Source: the human T2T-CHM13v2.0 reference genome, Homo sapiens
Reading direction: 5' to 3' (one strand)
Length of the DNA: 64,000 nt
NCBI RefSeq assembly: GCF_009914755.1
Contig: NC_060928.1
Shown here: piece by piece, positions 10,949-24,392 of the stretch
Layout: the number at the start of each line of letters is the position of its first letter
How positions within the stretch are numbered: position 1 is the stretch's first letter
The notes under the pieces: model-generated
What the model was told of the DNA's origin: nothing
Seen by the model: the letters and a program-made list of their open reading frames with translations, nothing else
Databases searched by the model: none
Made by a program: the position numbers and the translations under genes

Positions 10949-13055
10949 CCAGTATTGTGTTCTCTGGTTTTAATATGATCAATCCTTTTATTGAAGAGAA
11001 GCAATTTCAATATATTTGAAACTTACGAATATTAGTTCTTTGAATATTAACACTTGGTAAGGCAGCAGCTTTCAGTCTTTGCACTTATGCCATGATAGAT
11101 GGTTTCCCTAAATTAAGCTGAATCATGTTATAGGTAGACATTCCCTTGTCTGGAATCTTTTCTAGGCACTAGTTAAGATTTAAAATCATCTAACTTTATG
11201 TAAAAACCCCATCTGATGCTGTTACATATCTATAAAAAAGATTGTATTATTTTCTTAGATTTTAAGATTCTACCTTTGCTTAAAAGCCTTAGAGTATTAA
11301 ATAGCCTTAAATCAAAAATTTACCCTGACCAACTATAATAAGATTATGTTTACTTACTTTACTTCTATCTATCTTGGCTGGTTAAAAATAAACTCCACAT
11401 TTTGACTTAGAAGTCAATGATTTTGATTTGTGTCAAATGAGAGTATGGGAGAATTTGGTCACCATGGACGTGGTTTGGTCACAATTTGTTTTGGTTATTA
11501 TAGGTTAAAGCAGAATCCAGTGATAGCTGATGAAACAGAATTATTCCTTTTCTTAATTTCAGTTTCTTATATCTTAAAGTTACTCTCATCCCAAGCTTAA
11601 AATTGGTCTAGGATGTGCACAGTTGTAACTTTTTTCTGAAGATTTATTTAAAAGCACATTTGGTTACCAGCAGTCTATGAAACCTTCCTTGTAATAATTC
11701 AATTTGCTCAAAGTTCTCCTGTGGAAAAAAGTGTATATGTATCTTCCCCATAAAGGACTTTGAGAGAACAGTAACCTACTTTCACAGCATAGGTTGGAGA
11801 CCGTTTCTGAACAAGATAAAACTATCATTCATGATTAGTCCGAATTCAGGGGTAATGCTGAGGTCTAATATTTTTTGAAACTTATGTTTACATCCTTGAT
11901 AAAATTCTTTTCTTCTAGTGATGGCAGAAACCTAAAGCAGTTTTGATATTCTAAGGTCTTTCCTATCTAGCTGTTACAGAGTATTAAAAGCACTACTGTA
12001 CATAGTTGGAACATTTTTGTTATCACATTTTCTTCATATGTGGTCTTAAAATGGCTAATTCCAAAGAACAAAAGATAAGTTATCCATGGAAAATGAAGTC
12101 ATGATTTTATCTGTACCACCCCATCTGACTATAACTACCATGCACATTGTGTCCAAGTAATGTGAACATGTCTGGTTGGCACAGCTACAATAGCAGGGCT
12201 GATAAGTAACTGATCAGCTTATCCACAGCATTCCTTTCATGGGAGGTCACTGTCCCCTTTGTTTCTAAAAGTCCAGCAAAGCTTAAGCATTCCAGAACCT
12301 GGTAATTCAAATTAATTACATGGTATCATGTACATGGCTCCTGGGATTATCACCTTGTAATACTGTGGCTTCTATGCTTTTAAGTTTGCCTAATTAAATC
12401 CTTTCAAATGAAACCAGTTAAGCAATTAGTGCTACTACACTATGTAATTAATATATGCCTTAAACACACTTTTTAAATGGAATGGTTTGAAAAAGAAATA
12501 CTTTGGATAATAGATTACTACAATACACAAAATACAAAAGGATTATCAGTTTTTAAAATTACATAACTATGGGATTCATCATATTTCTCCATATGAAAAA
12601 TGGGAATTATAGTATCAAATTCATAGGGTTTTATAAGGATTTACACAGGACATTTAATTCAATTAAATTTAATGTTTAGTTTTCAATTAATATTTCATAT
12701 TCATTCTCAACTAATCTTTATTTCAGTTAATACAAAAATGAAAATGTAATAAAATGCAACACTACAATCATAGTGGAAATAATTCGTTTCATATATTGCA
12801 TTCAAAAGCACTTGATGTTTTTGCGTCATATAAATAGTGTCTATCTTCCTCATTGGACTGACAGCTCCAGGAGTCTGATTCCTGGAACATAACATATGCT
12901 CCACAAAGAGTTCTAGAATTAACCAATGGGCAGTATGAACATAAATTATGACATTGGAAATGCCAATTAATAGATATCCAGATGATAAAATAATGTTTAA
13001 ACAGCCTTCAAATGTATGCTTCATAAGTAAACACAAAGTATAAAATATATACACC

Positions 13056-13312
13056 TGTATTAGTCAATTCTCGTGCTGCTGTAGAGAGGTTTAATTGGCT
13101 TGTGGTTCCACAGGCTGTACAGGAAGCATGATGCTGGCATCTGCTTCTGGGGAGGATTCAGACAACCTACACTCATGGTGGAAGGCAAAGGATCTTGTTA
13201 AACCATAGAATCCGCCCCCGTGAGCCAATTACCTCCCACCAGGCTCCACCTCCAACATTGAGGATTACAATTCAAGATGAGATTTGGGCTGGGACAGATC
13301 CAAACCATATGA
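13056..13312 (-). mobile_element. MST (MSTA/B-like) MaLR solo LTR with internal deletions
   Basis: tgtattagtc ... ccacaggctgtacaggaagcatg ... gatgagatttggg...ccaaaccatat; TSD acacc/acact. Confidence 0.85.
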
Positions 13313-13555
13313 ACACTTAGGACACATTAATTAGATAAGACACATACTTTATGGTGTATTGTTAGCATGTACACGTTTCTATCATGTGCTTAAGAGCAAA
13401 AAAAAATATACCCTACCTACTCTTGAAAAGTTTACATTCATGTAGAGAAGAAAACAATAGTTAAATTGTTCTCAAATGAGGCAGAATGTAATCAGTGCTC
13501 CACGTATACCCTTCTACCAGCCGTATAGAGGAGCAACTAGATCATGAAATGAGAA

Positions 13556-13593
13556 CTACTCTTCTTGTTTCCAAAATAGTGAATGTAAATATT
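13556..13593 (+). repeat. 38-bp dispersed direct repeat, copy 1
   Basis: ctactcttcttgtttccaaaatagtgaatgtaaatatt; 36/38 identical to 14881-14918. Confidence 0.85.
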
Positions 13594-13828
13594 TCTATTT
13601 AAAATAATTAATTCCTAGGTTGGGCCTTATACATTTTAAAACTCAAAAGTGATTTTTAATTAATATTATAGAATATCAGTATACATTTGATTTGATTTGT
13701 ACATAATAAAAAATAATCACGTTTTGCTAGCCCCTACACTATTGTTTTTCAAAGCATATTCCAAAGATGTTTATAAGTCATAAAATGCACCTAACATGCA
13801 AAGTTATAAAATAACCAAAAAGCGTTTC

Positions 13829-14224
13829 TGATATGGCTTGGATCTGTGTGTTGCCACCCAAATCTCATGTTGAATTGTAATCCCCCGTGTTAGAGGTGGG
13901 ACTGGTGGGAGGTGACTGGATCACCAGAGGTGGACTTCCCCTTGCTGTTCTCGTGAAAGTGAGTGAGTTCCCTGGAGATCTGGTTATTTAAAAGTGTGCG
14001 GCAGCTCCCCCCAATCTCTCCCTAAGTCTTGCTCCTGCCTGTAAGATACCTGCTCTCCCTTTGCCTTCCGCCATGAGTAAAAGCTTCCTGAAGCCTCCGC
14101 AGAAGCAGATTCTTCCACACTTCCTGTACAGCCTGTGGAACTGTGAGCCAATTAAACCTCTTTTCTTGATAAATTACCCATCCTCAGGTATTTCTTTATA
14201 GCAATGCAAGAATGAACTAATACA
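13829..14224 (+). mobile_element. MSTB-like MaLR solo LTR
   Basis: tgatatggcttggatctgtgtg...catgagtaaaagcttcctg...gcaatgcaagaatgaactaataca; TSD gtttc/gtctc. Confidence 0.9.
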
Positions 14225-14880
14225 GTCTCCAAAAACAATTTTTAATCATTTTATGAGAAAGGAAGTAAACCATAGAATTTAAAATTTAAAATGTTGCTTA
14301 ATCACAGAAACTAAATTAAAGAACATTTCAATTCTAACGGTGTTCAAAATTTTATTGTCTTGTTTAGTGGAAGATGGAATGAAACCATATTATCTCACAT
14401 TCAGGTGAACTTATGACATTTTTTCCCCTGAGGAATCTAGATTACAATGGAAAAATAATTTGTCAACAGAACATTAGAATGTGCTTACGTAAGTAAAAAT
14501 TCCAGTGACAATTCATTTGCGCACTGTTCAAAAAAGGTGATCACGATGGAAAGATTTTAAATTTTGTTGTTTGTATTTTTGCCAATTTTGAAAGGATTTT
14601 TTTTTTTTTTTTTTTGCACCAGCAGTGTTCAGCTATTGGGGACTAAGTATTAGGAAACCTTTAGCCAGTTTATCTCCTCTCAGCAACCAACATGATGGGA
14701 CTGGAGCCAACACTCATAGTTTTGAAAACCTCCCTTGAAGGTGGGAGACTTACTTTCCCAAGATGAGGAGTGTCTGAGGAGGCTCAACCCGGCCTGTTTC
14801 CCTGAAGAAGTCCCATAAACCGTCTATTACAGATGTGAAGGAGAATATCAAGCCTGTTGACATGATAATCCAGCTTATTG

Positions 14881-14918
14881 CTGCTCTTCTTGTTCCCAAA
14901 ATAGTGAATGTAAATATT
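14881..14918 (+). repeat. 38-bp dispersed direct repeat, copy 2
   Basis: ctgctcttcttgttcccaaaatagtgaatgtaaatatt. Confidence 0.85.
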
Positions 14919-14934
14919 CATTTATTATTAAATA

Positions 14935-14994
14935 TCACTTATTATTAAATAAGTGAATATTCACTTAATAAATATTATTATTTATAATAATATT
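14935..14994. repeat. AT-rich cluster of short inverted repeats
   Basis: 18-bp perfect palindrome taagtgaatattcactta (14950-14967); stems tcacttatt/aataagtga and aatattatta/taataatatt. Confidence 0.8.
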
Positions 14995-15429
14995 GCTGGG
15001 GAACCCAAATACGAATGTAATAAACGATGACCCAGAGCTCCAGTGTGGTGCTGATTAAAAGGTTTAGGTGAAGAGCTACAGATGTCTACTTGGGACTCAG
15101 ATCAAGAACCGATTTCTCATTTGCTTAAAAAAGAAGAATCATGGAGCGTTTTACAGAAGCAGTTGGGAAGTGAATGTGTGAGCATCATACTGACCTGCTG
15201 AGGCTAACTGAAAGCTTTCCCTGTCACACTGTCTCACTGTACCCTTCCACACGGCTTTACTTTCTGCTCAAAGCAGCAGCTACTCTGCCATTGCTCTCAT
15301 CAGAGTAGACAGATAAAAGGTCAGTTTATAGGAGAGGTCAGGTGGGACACAGACAAAGACAATAGTGATTAGAAGGACAAACAGCAGAAAAGTCTTTCAT
15401 AATAGTTTAGTAAAAGCAATTTAAATAAC

Positions 15430-15655
15430 AACAAACAATATTTACTAAGTGATTATAATGTACACACCACCAAGTGCTTTAGGGAAATCGCTCATTTCTT
15501 TTTCACAATGAACCTATGAATTGGGCATGAATTTTATCCCCGTGTCACACCGAGCCTCAGAAAGTTTCATAATTTGCCAAGGTCACACAAATAGAAAGTG
15601 GCGGGGTCTCTATTCAAACCCAGCTCATGAGGCACCAGAGCTTGACACTACACTG
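15430..15655 (-). mobile_element. MIR SINE
   Basis: ataatttgccaaggtcacacaaatagaaagtggcgggg...attcaaacccag. Confidence 0.75.
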
Positions 15656-17066
15656 TGTAACTATAATGTCAGTCACACCCAAGGATCAAATACCTCTTGT
15701 CCACATTATTTATAGAAAAATGTTCTTTTGAATTTTAACACTTAAAAGTGTAGAGACAAAGAAATTATGCGAGAACTTGGAGTGTAACAAAAGGTGCATT
15801 TTTGCTAAAAACTGGCTCTGTGATCTAGGGAGAGTCACCCATGACCTCTTGACTCCAGAGTCCTCAGTTCACAAAGATAGCTAAGCTGCCTCGAATTCTA
15901 AAGTTGTATGGTGTTTCTGTTCACACAGCACTTGAACATCTACTTACTGCCCTTCACTTATGGATATTTAATTATGAGTGAAGGGTTTTGAAGAGAGACT
16001 TTATATTATTCACATTATACCTCTTGCCTCTGCATAGGACCTCACATTCAGTTCTAATCTTTATACGCACCAGAAACAAAATTACATAAATCTAAGTAAA
16101 CTTGCTCCTATCAAATGTGCTCCGGAAAATTGCCAAGTTTATATGGATTTTTAAATTTTACATCAAACAGATCCTATCAACTATTTGTCCCTAGAAAAAA
16201 AAAAGATGAAAGGCCAGAACTGCCTACAAGTTGCAATGTCATTGACTTTCCAGCAAGCATTGCAGCTGTCCTGGGAAAACTGAACCTGAAATATGTTTTT
16301 GAAACTGCTGAATTTCAGCTTCTAGTGTTTTTCACATTTTAGAAACAGGGAAACTATTAGCTTTAAAATGCTTGTATTTAATAGTTTTTTTCTTAAGCAT
16401 TTCAAAAACCCCAGGTGAAAAGCTAAGTATGAGAAAGGTTCTCATGCAATCGTTAATCAAATGCAACTAGGTTGGAAGAAGATACATGCTTATTGCTTTG
16501 CGGAAGTGGCTTTTGTTCTAACTGAATAGGTTGAGGTAGATTATTCCTATTTAAACTTAGAAACGGAACCTCTAATACAATTGTTAACATTCCTGCAGTG
16601 AGGTCGTTTCATACAAATGTAACTGTGACAGGCTGAGATATTCCTTTTGCAAAGCCTATAATCTCTATGTAGTTAATCAGCATAAAGTATTAAAATCATA
16701 AATATGAAAAGAATCTCAAAAGAAAAATGATTTAAATTACTCTAAGACTATACAGACTATCCCCAAAGGCATAATTTCTTTAATAGAAAAAAAAAAAACC
16801 CACATTGCTTTGAGAACAAAAAAGATTCTGGATTCTTTTGTAGGGCTGCTTGGGCCAGTCCCACCTCTTCCACTTGAAGTTTTTTGTTTGTTTGCTTTTC
16901 TTTGAATGTGGAGAAAGTCTCTAGCAGCCTTCCATTTCCTCTAGTCTGAAAGTCTGTGTCCCTACTGAAGTTCTACAGCTTCTTTTATAACATTTCCCAT
17001 TTGACACTAATTCCAACAGATGATGCTTTTCTAAGTTTGTGTTGTTTATAATTTACAGCACCTGGT

Positions 17067-17723
17067 TGTAGCCAGAGTCCCTTGCATCTCCCCAGCAGGG
17101 TGTGCGGGACCCATACTACCTGCACCCAGGCCTGGCTGGCCCCGCCCACAGGCCTTAGCTTCCTGCCCAGCTTCCCGGCTGCAGTGGGCCTAGCTATAAC
17201 TTGCTCTGTTCCCATGGCTGTGAAGCCATGGCCGCAGCCTCTGCCATCTCATCTCCTCACGCTGTGGGTTGCCTCTAGCTCCCCTGGGGGCTTGGGCAGG
17301 CCACCATCATGCCAGGGGCGTCAGAACCCTGGAAATTCTCCACCCTCCTCAACTCACGGATGCGCTGGTTGCCCCAAGGGCTGTCTGGGGGGCTCACGGA
17401 GGAGAGCCTGGAGGAGAGGGGGAATTGACACTGGCCCTCAGAGAGGACACAGAGGGCAGAGCCAGCAGATTCGAGATGCAGTAGTTCCATTAGGGCCTCA
17501 CTCCCATGTGACACAACAGCCGCCCAAAAGCTCTTGAGAAACTAAGGGCAGCTCAGTGATGTGTCACCTTGCATTTGCTTTGCCTTTTTTCCTGCCTTGT
17601 CTTCAGTCTCCTTTCACTCTTGCATCCTGGGATGGCATGTCCGCTACCTTCTCGCATACAGTATTAGCATGTAAGCTTTGCCTCTGCCTCGGGCTCTCTG
17701 TCCTAGGGAAACCAGTTAAGTCC
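17067..17723 (+). mobile_element. ERVL solo LTR (LTR50/LTR16-class)
   Basis: TG start; 3' end gtattagcatgtaagctttgcctc...ggctctctgtcctagggaaacc typical of LTR16/LTR50 relatives. Confidence 0.55.
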
Positions 17724-19669
17724 TAGTTAAGTAACAGTAACAATCCAGATTTCACTCTCACCACTTTGACATGGAACCTCCTGTCTCTGATAGCAGCCAA
17801 GAGGGTCAGAATCACCAGAAGGTATCACGTATGCTCACAAAGACGTGTGCTCAGCCACCACAGGGTTCTCACGGTGTTTATTTCTATGATGTTTCTTTGT
17901 CCTTCCAGCAGGCACCGCTGCTTTCCATGGGGCATAAACTGGACATCTCTTTCTCACCCTGCCTTTGAGGCACTGACTCTTCAAGGCCCCAACACTGCAC
18001 GATGTTATTTTGCAAGGAAAGGGAGAACACTGCTCTTTCTCATAACATGCAGTCTGTCCTCAGAAAGATCCAGTAACGGTGGGACTTATGCTCCCCATTG
18101 TGAAAAAGAATTTTAAACTTGCAGAGGGGAGCTAAGTCAGAAGACAAATGCAAATGGCAAACACTCGGGGTAACTTGGATACAAGCCTCTGACTTAACCT
18201 CAGCCGCTGGCTTGGAGCAGAGAAAGAGGGCATGGAGAAGATGAGTAAGATTCTAAGAATTTCCAAATGAGTCATTAGACCAGGACTGAAACAGTTTGAG
18301 AACACTGCGCTGGGATTCCTCAGGCTATTTTACCCAGGACTCATTTCCTTACTGCAGTTCTGAAGACAATGACCCTGGCCCCAGGGGTCGGTCCAGTAGG
18401 AGGGCTGCAAGGGATCTTTTCTGCTGCATTTACAACATCCACGTATTCTGCAGTCAGAGTTCCCAAGAACAAGCCGGAGCACACTGAGCGCTCCCTAGGG
18501 AGGAGGCCTGGGGAGAGCTTAAGAGAGGAATGTACTCCAAGCTTTATGTGCTTGTAATTTGTTTATAGTGCTGTAAAGAGTTGTTTTTCGATGGGACTGT
18601 CTTCTGAGTCCTGTACAATAAAGGACATACGTATAAAACTCTAAAATGTAAATTAAAAGCTGAACCACCATAAAATAAAGGCAGTTTGTACAAACTGAAA
18701 TATTCAGTGCTTTGGGTCTGGGTGAGGTGGAACAAGAAACCCTAAGTAAATTGTAGCAGCGTTAGATGTTTGGCCTGTTTAAAGAAGGCTCCTTAGAGGG
18801 ATGGAGTCATAAACACAGGGCACACTGGCCTCAGAACAGAACTGAGAGGGCTCCAGTAAGCAGAGTGGAGACATAAAGCATCCTGCCATGTGCTTACGAT
18901 GTAGGATATCGTCAGCCTCTCAGCATGAGTCTTACCCTGTGGAAGAAAGAAGTGGAAAGAGAGGAGAGGAGCATCTCTGAGCAGCACAGCTCCACGCAGA
19001 GTTTCACCCCAGTGCTTCTCTGTGAGGTGTAAATACAGCTCTACAGCCTGGGAGGACTGGCAGAGGTCACCAGTAGCAAAGAGTGATAGCGAGATTCCAC
19101 GGTCATTTGTGGATGAACAGGGGTTGTTCATTTTAAGAATATTGTTTGGGTAAACAAACAAAAGTCAATTTTCCCGTGTTATGGAAATGCTCTGAGAAAG
19201 GCAACCTCACACAAATGGGTCAAAGAGAATGCCAAGGTATGGAATGCCTGCTTGTTTGCAGACCAAAAATATCTCTCATTCATACAAGATAGAATCTAGC
19301 TGGATTTTGGTGTGGTTCTTTCATAAGCATCTCTCTTGTGTGGCCGACTGCTCCTATTCAGATGAATAACTATGCTAGTATCTTGCATAGCTGATCCATG
19401 ACCCTGCTACTAATTTCCTCTAAACATGTCTGTAGAATATCTGAGTGGTTCAAAACCCTTTTAGTTCCATTCCAATCTTCTTCTTCTATCAAATCCAACT
19501 AGGCAGGAGGAAACAAGATGTGTGACTCTTGGAAAAAAAAATACCAGCGATGATCTCTGAGACCTGTGAAGTACTGGCCCTCTTTCAAATACAATTCGAT
19601 TTCTTTCTCACACCCAGCCTTTAAAAAATAATTAGGGGGATCTAATGCACATTGTACTTCTGTGTGCAT

Positions 19670-20360
19670 GTATTTATTCATTCATTCAACCATTGCTCTG
19701 TGCTTTGTATTGCAGGCACTTGATACCGAGATGAAGGCAACAGAATCCAGCTCTGGAAGATGTTCACTCACTAGGAGGGAGGCAGACCCATAGACTGACT
19801 CATATCATCAGAACAGAATCACCAAGGAGAGATGCTCCAAACTCAGTTTGGGTGGGGGTGTTAGCAGAGGGGCAAGAGGGAGGGGAGGGAGAGGGCGTAA
19901 AGCAAAGTGTCCTGGGGCAGGTAACACCTGAGCCATGTCTTAAAAAATAAGCAAGTCAGGTGGAAGAGGGCAGGAAGCTTAGAAGGCAACGTGGGTGAGA
20001 CGAAGCAAAGCAAAGAGGTCAACAAATGTGTGGCGTGCGGCATTGCGGAAGAACAAAGATGTTAAAGGCCAGGCCTTTCTCCCTCAGCTATGGAACCTGA
20101 ACTCCCCTTGTGGGTGATGACAAGCATTGATGACTCTAAGCTGGGTAATAACACAGTCAGAGGAGTACTTCTGGTAGATTATTTTAAGAAAACAAGGCTG
20201 AAGAAAAGCACAACAGTTAGTTGTTGCCAAAAACAATGAGGGCCTAAGTGGAGGCAAAGGTTGGGGGGAGATTAGTGGAGGTGAGACATTCAGATATTTG
20301 AGGGAAATGTTGGGTAAAATCGATTGCACTTGCTCGTGTATTAGAGGTGGGTGAGTTCCT
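19670..20360 (-). mobile_element. L2 LINE (3' part)
   Basis: (ttca)n tail; ggcaggtaacacctgagccatgtcttaaa; aatgagggcctaagtggaggc; cagatatttgagggaa. Confidence 0.7.
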
Positions 20361-20367
20361 GGGCTGG

Positions 20368-20840
20368 ATTGTCAGCGTTTCAATACGTTTCTTCCCTTCT
20401 ATACTCTCCTCTGTATTGAAGGTGCCAGAGCCCCAGATTATTCACTTACTAGCCAGCAGGATCTCATGTTAGGTTCCTCCCATGGAGGTCCCCAAGAAAG
20501 ATGCGGAAGACAGAAGAAAAGGAAACTTATTATTTTGCAGCAACGGTGAGTAGGTGCGTGGGTTTTGGCAGATGGCAAATGAGGTTTTGCCAGGAGCTTC
20601 TGCACAATCTCCTGAGAATCTCTGGTGCTGTAAACAGGTGAGACCTTTGGTAAAAGTCCCTCAGAATTCCTGCAATTTGTTTCCCGAAAGACTAGCAGTG
20701 GCTTCTCTGACTTTTGCTTCTTTAAGGCTTTTAATTGATTCTATAATTTCCCAGTTCTCTGTACTAAATTCTTTCTTGCTTAAAATATCTACAGTGCTTT
20801 CTATTTTACTGACCAAACACTGTTGGAATCAACTGATACC
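20368..20840 (+). mobile_element. ERVL solo LTR (LTR33/LTR41/LTR52-class) inserted in L2
   Basis: cccttctatactctcctctgtattg ... ctgtactaaattctttcttgcttaaaatatctacagtgctttctattttactgacc...actgatac. Confidence 0.55.
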
Positions 20841-21386
20841 CAGGTTTCTGGCTTAGGTGACCAGGTGGACGGTGAATTAGAAAATTAATTCATTCATTCA
20901 GCATTCATGATTTACTGAACATCTACTCCGTGCTCAGGGAGTGCTATAGGCACCAGACACAGGGACTCCTATCAAAATGACCAATGCTCCTGCCCTCAAG
21001 GAGCTTATCTCCTAGAAGGAGAAATAAGTGATATAAGAAACTAATAATTAAATAATGTCATTTCAGATGATAATGTTAGGAATAAAATGACAGAAGACCA
21101 TATGAAAGACGATGTGTAGGTGGTAGAGTGGTCCTCTTAGACTGAATAGAGAAAATCTTACTAAGGAGGCCACATGTGAGCCTAAATGACCTAAGTGTCC
21201 AAAAAGCTCTAGTCATGTAAAGATCTACTTTTGGTTTAAAGTGAGAACAAACTTGGTTGGCTCAAGAAAGAGACTGGAGGTCCATGTGACTAGAGCAGAG
21301 TGGACAAGAAGGAAAGTGTCAGAAGATGAGACCTGAGAGTTAACTAAAAGTCAGAGCATGCAGGCCTTCTTAGCCATGGTAAGGAG

Positions 21387-21449
21387 TTACCTACCTGATC
21401 TCATGACCTTACTGTAAACCTACAGTGTTGAAGACTGGACACCCCATGA
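21387..21449 (+). repeat. 63-bp L1-derived segment inserted in L2 (copy of 22888-22950)
   Basis: 58/63 identical to 22888-22950. Confidence 0.9.
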
Positions 21450-21596
21450 AAGTTATATCGTACATTAAAAGGTACACTGGGGCTAAGGGGCAACTTGATC
21501 AGATTTGTGTTGAAAAATAGTCACTAGAGAAACCAGCCCATGGAAGCAAACAGAGAAGGTAGGAGTGATGGAGTAAATATTAAAAATATTAAATTT

Positions 21597-21890
21597 GGCC
21601 GGGTGCAGTGGCCCATGCCTGTAATCCCAGCACTCTGGGAGGCCAAGGTAGGCGGATCATGAGTTCAGGAGATCGAGACCATTTTGGCCAACATGGTGAA
21701 ACCCTGTCTCTACTAAAATACAAAAAATTAGCCAGGCATGGTAGTATATGCCTGTAGTACCAGCTACTCAGGAGGCTGAGGCAAGGGAATCGCTTGGGCC
21801 CAGGAGGCGGAGGTTGCAGTGAGCCAAGATCACACCACTGTACTCCAGCCTGGCGACAGAGAAAGACTGTCTAAAAAAAAAAAAAAAAAA
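21597..21890 (+). mobile_element. AluSc
   Basis: ggatcatgag..caggagatcgagacc..ggccaacatgg and the cctggcgacagag diagnostic; poly-A; TSD attaaattt. Confidence 0.93.
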
Positions 21891-23193
21891 TTAAATTTAA
21901 CATGCTTCTAGGACAGGCAGCTGGCAGGCAATTAGATAAATAAGACTGCTGGAGAAGGTCTGGGACTGAATATGGAATTAGGAGTCCGTACATGGGTGAC
22001 ACTGGGTACACCATGAGTATATGCAATAACACAGGGAGTGTGGGTAGAAAGAACAGAGCACTGAGTTATGGAAGACTTTGTAGAACAACTACCCTGAAAG
22101 GCAGCTGCAGGAAAAGGCCCCCACAAAAGGAGGATGATTCAATGGGAATCCGGAGAGTGTGGGGTCACAAAAGTCTAGGTAGTTTCACTAAGAGAAAGCA
22201 AAACAGCAGTTAACACAGGACTGAGATTGGGAACAAGGAAAAGGTATCCACTTTCACCATTCCTATTCATTATTGTATTGGAGGTTCTAGCTGTAGCAAT
22301 TAGATTTAAAAAACCCAGGATATATATAGAATAAAAGAGAAATAAAACGGTTTTTATTCATAGATGACAAAATTGTCTACATAGAAAATCTCAAAGATAT
22401 GCAAACAAGCTACTAGAATTAATAAAGGAGCTTAACAAGATTGCAGGATATAAGTAAATATAGAAAAATCAATAATTCCATATGGTAGAAATAAACAATA
22501 GAAAATGAAGATTAATAAGCAATACCATTTGCAGTAGCACTGAAAAAATACTTAGAAATAAATCTAAGAAGATACATGTAAGCTTTGTATGCTGAAAACT
22601 ATAAATTATTAGTTATAACTATAAATTATTAATGAAACTAAGTAAGACCTGAAAGATGGAGAGATATATCATGTTCATGGATGAGAAAACTCAGTTGTGT
22701 TAAGATATCCATTCTCTCCAAATAGATCTTAGATTCAGTGCAATAAATCCCAATTAAAATTCAATTTCCATCAAAATCCCAGCAAGCTATTTTTTGAAAT
22801 GGGAAATTTTATTCTAAATTTGTATGAAAAATCAAAGAAAGTAGAATAGCCTAAGCAATGTTGAGAAAGAAGACAAAGTTGGAGGCCTTACCTACCTGAT
22901 TTCATGACCTCACTGTAAACCTACAGTGTTGAAGACTGTACACTCTATGAGTATATGAGATAATACATCCCTTCCTTGGAGGAAGGCAGTTCACATAGAT
23001 CAGTGGGAGAGAACAGAACCCACACCTTCAACACAAGTGCTAAGGCAATTCAATGGAGAAAGGACAGTCTTGCTAAACAAAGACTGGAACCATATGTGTA
23101 AAAATGAACACTGATAAATACACTGGACCCTATACAAAAAGATTAACTTGGAATGGGTCATAGAGCTAAATGTAAAACTCAAAACTATAAAGC

Positions 23194-24392
<1,199 letters not shown>

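Larger units (their letters stand above)
20841..22226 (-). mobile_element. L2 LINE fragments (a second L2 3' end at ~20885-21530 nested in an older L2), continuing at 25506-25660
   Basis: caggtttctggcttaggtgaccaggtggacggtg; new (ttca)n tail at 20888; cctgccctcaaggagctta; ggagaaggtctgggactgaatatggaattaggagtc. Confidence 0.65.

Noticed and set aside
17082-17537. 151 aa ORF in a GC-rich patch
   Set aside because: It lies within an ERVL-type LTR, has a non-ATG start and shows no homology I can recognise.
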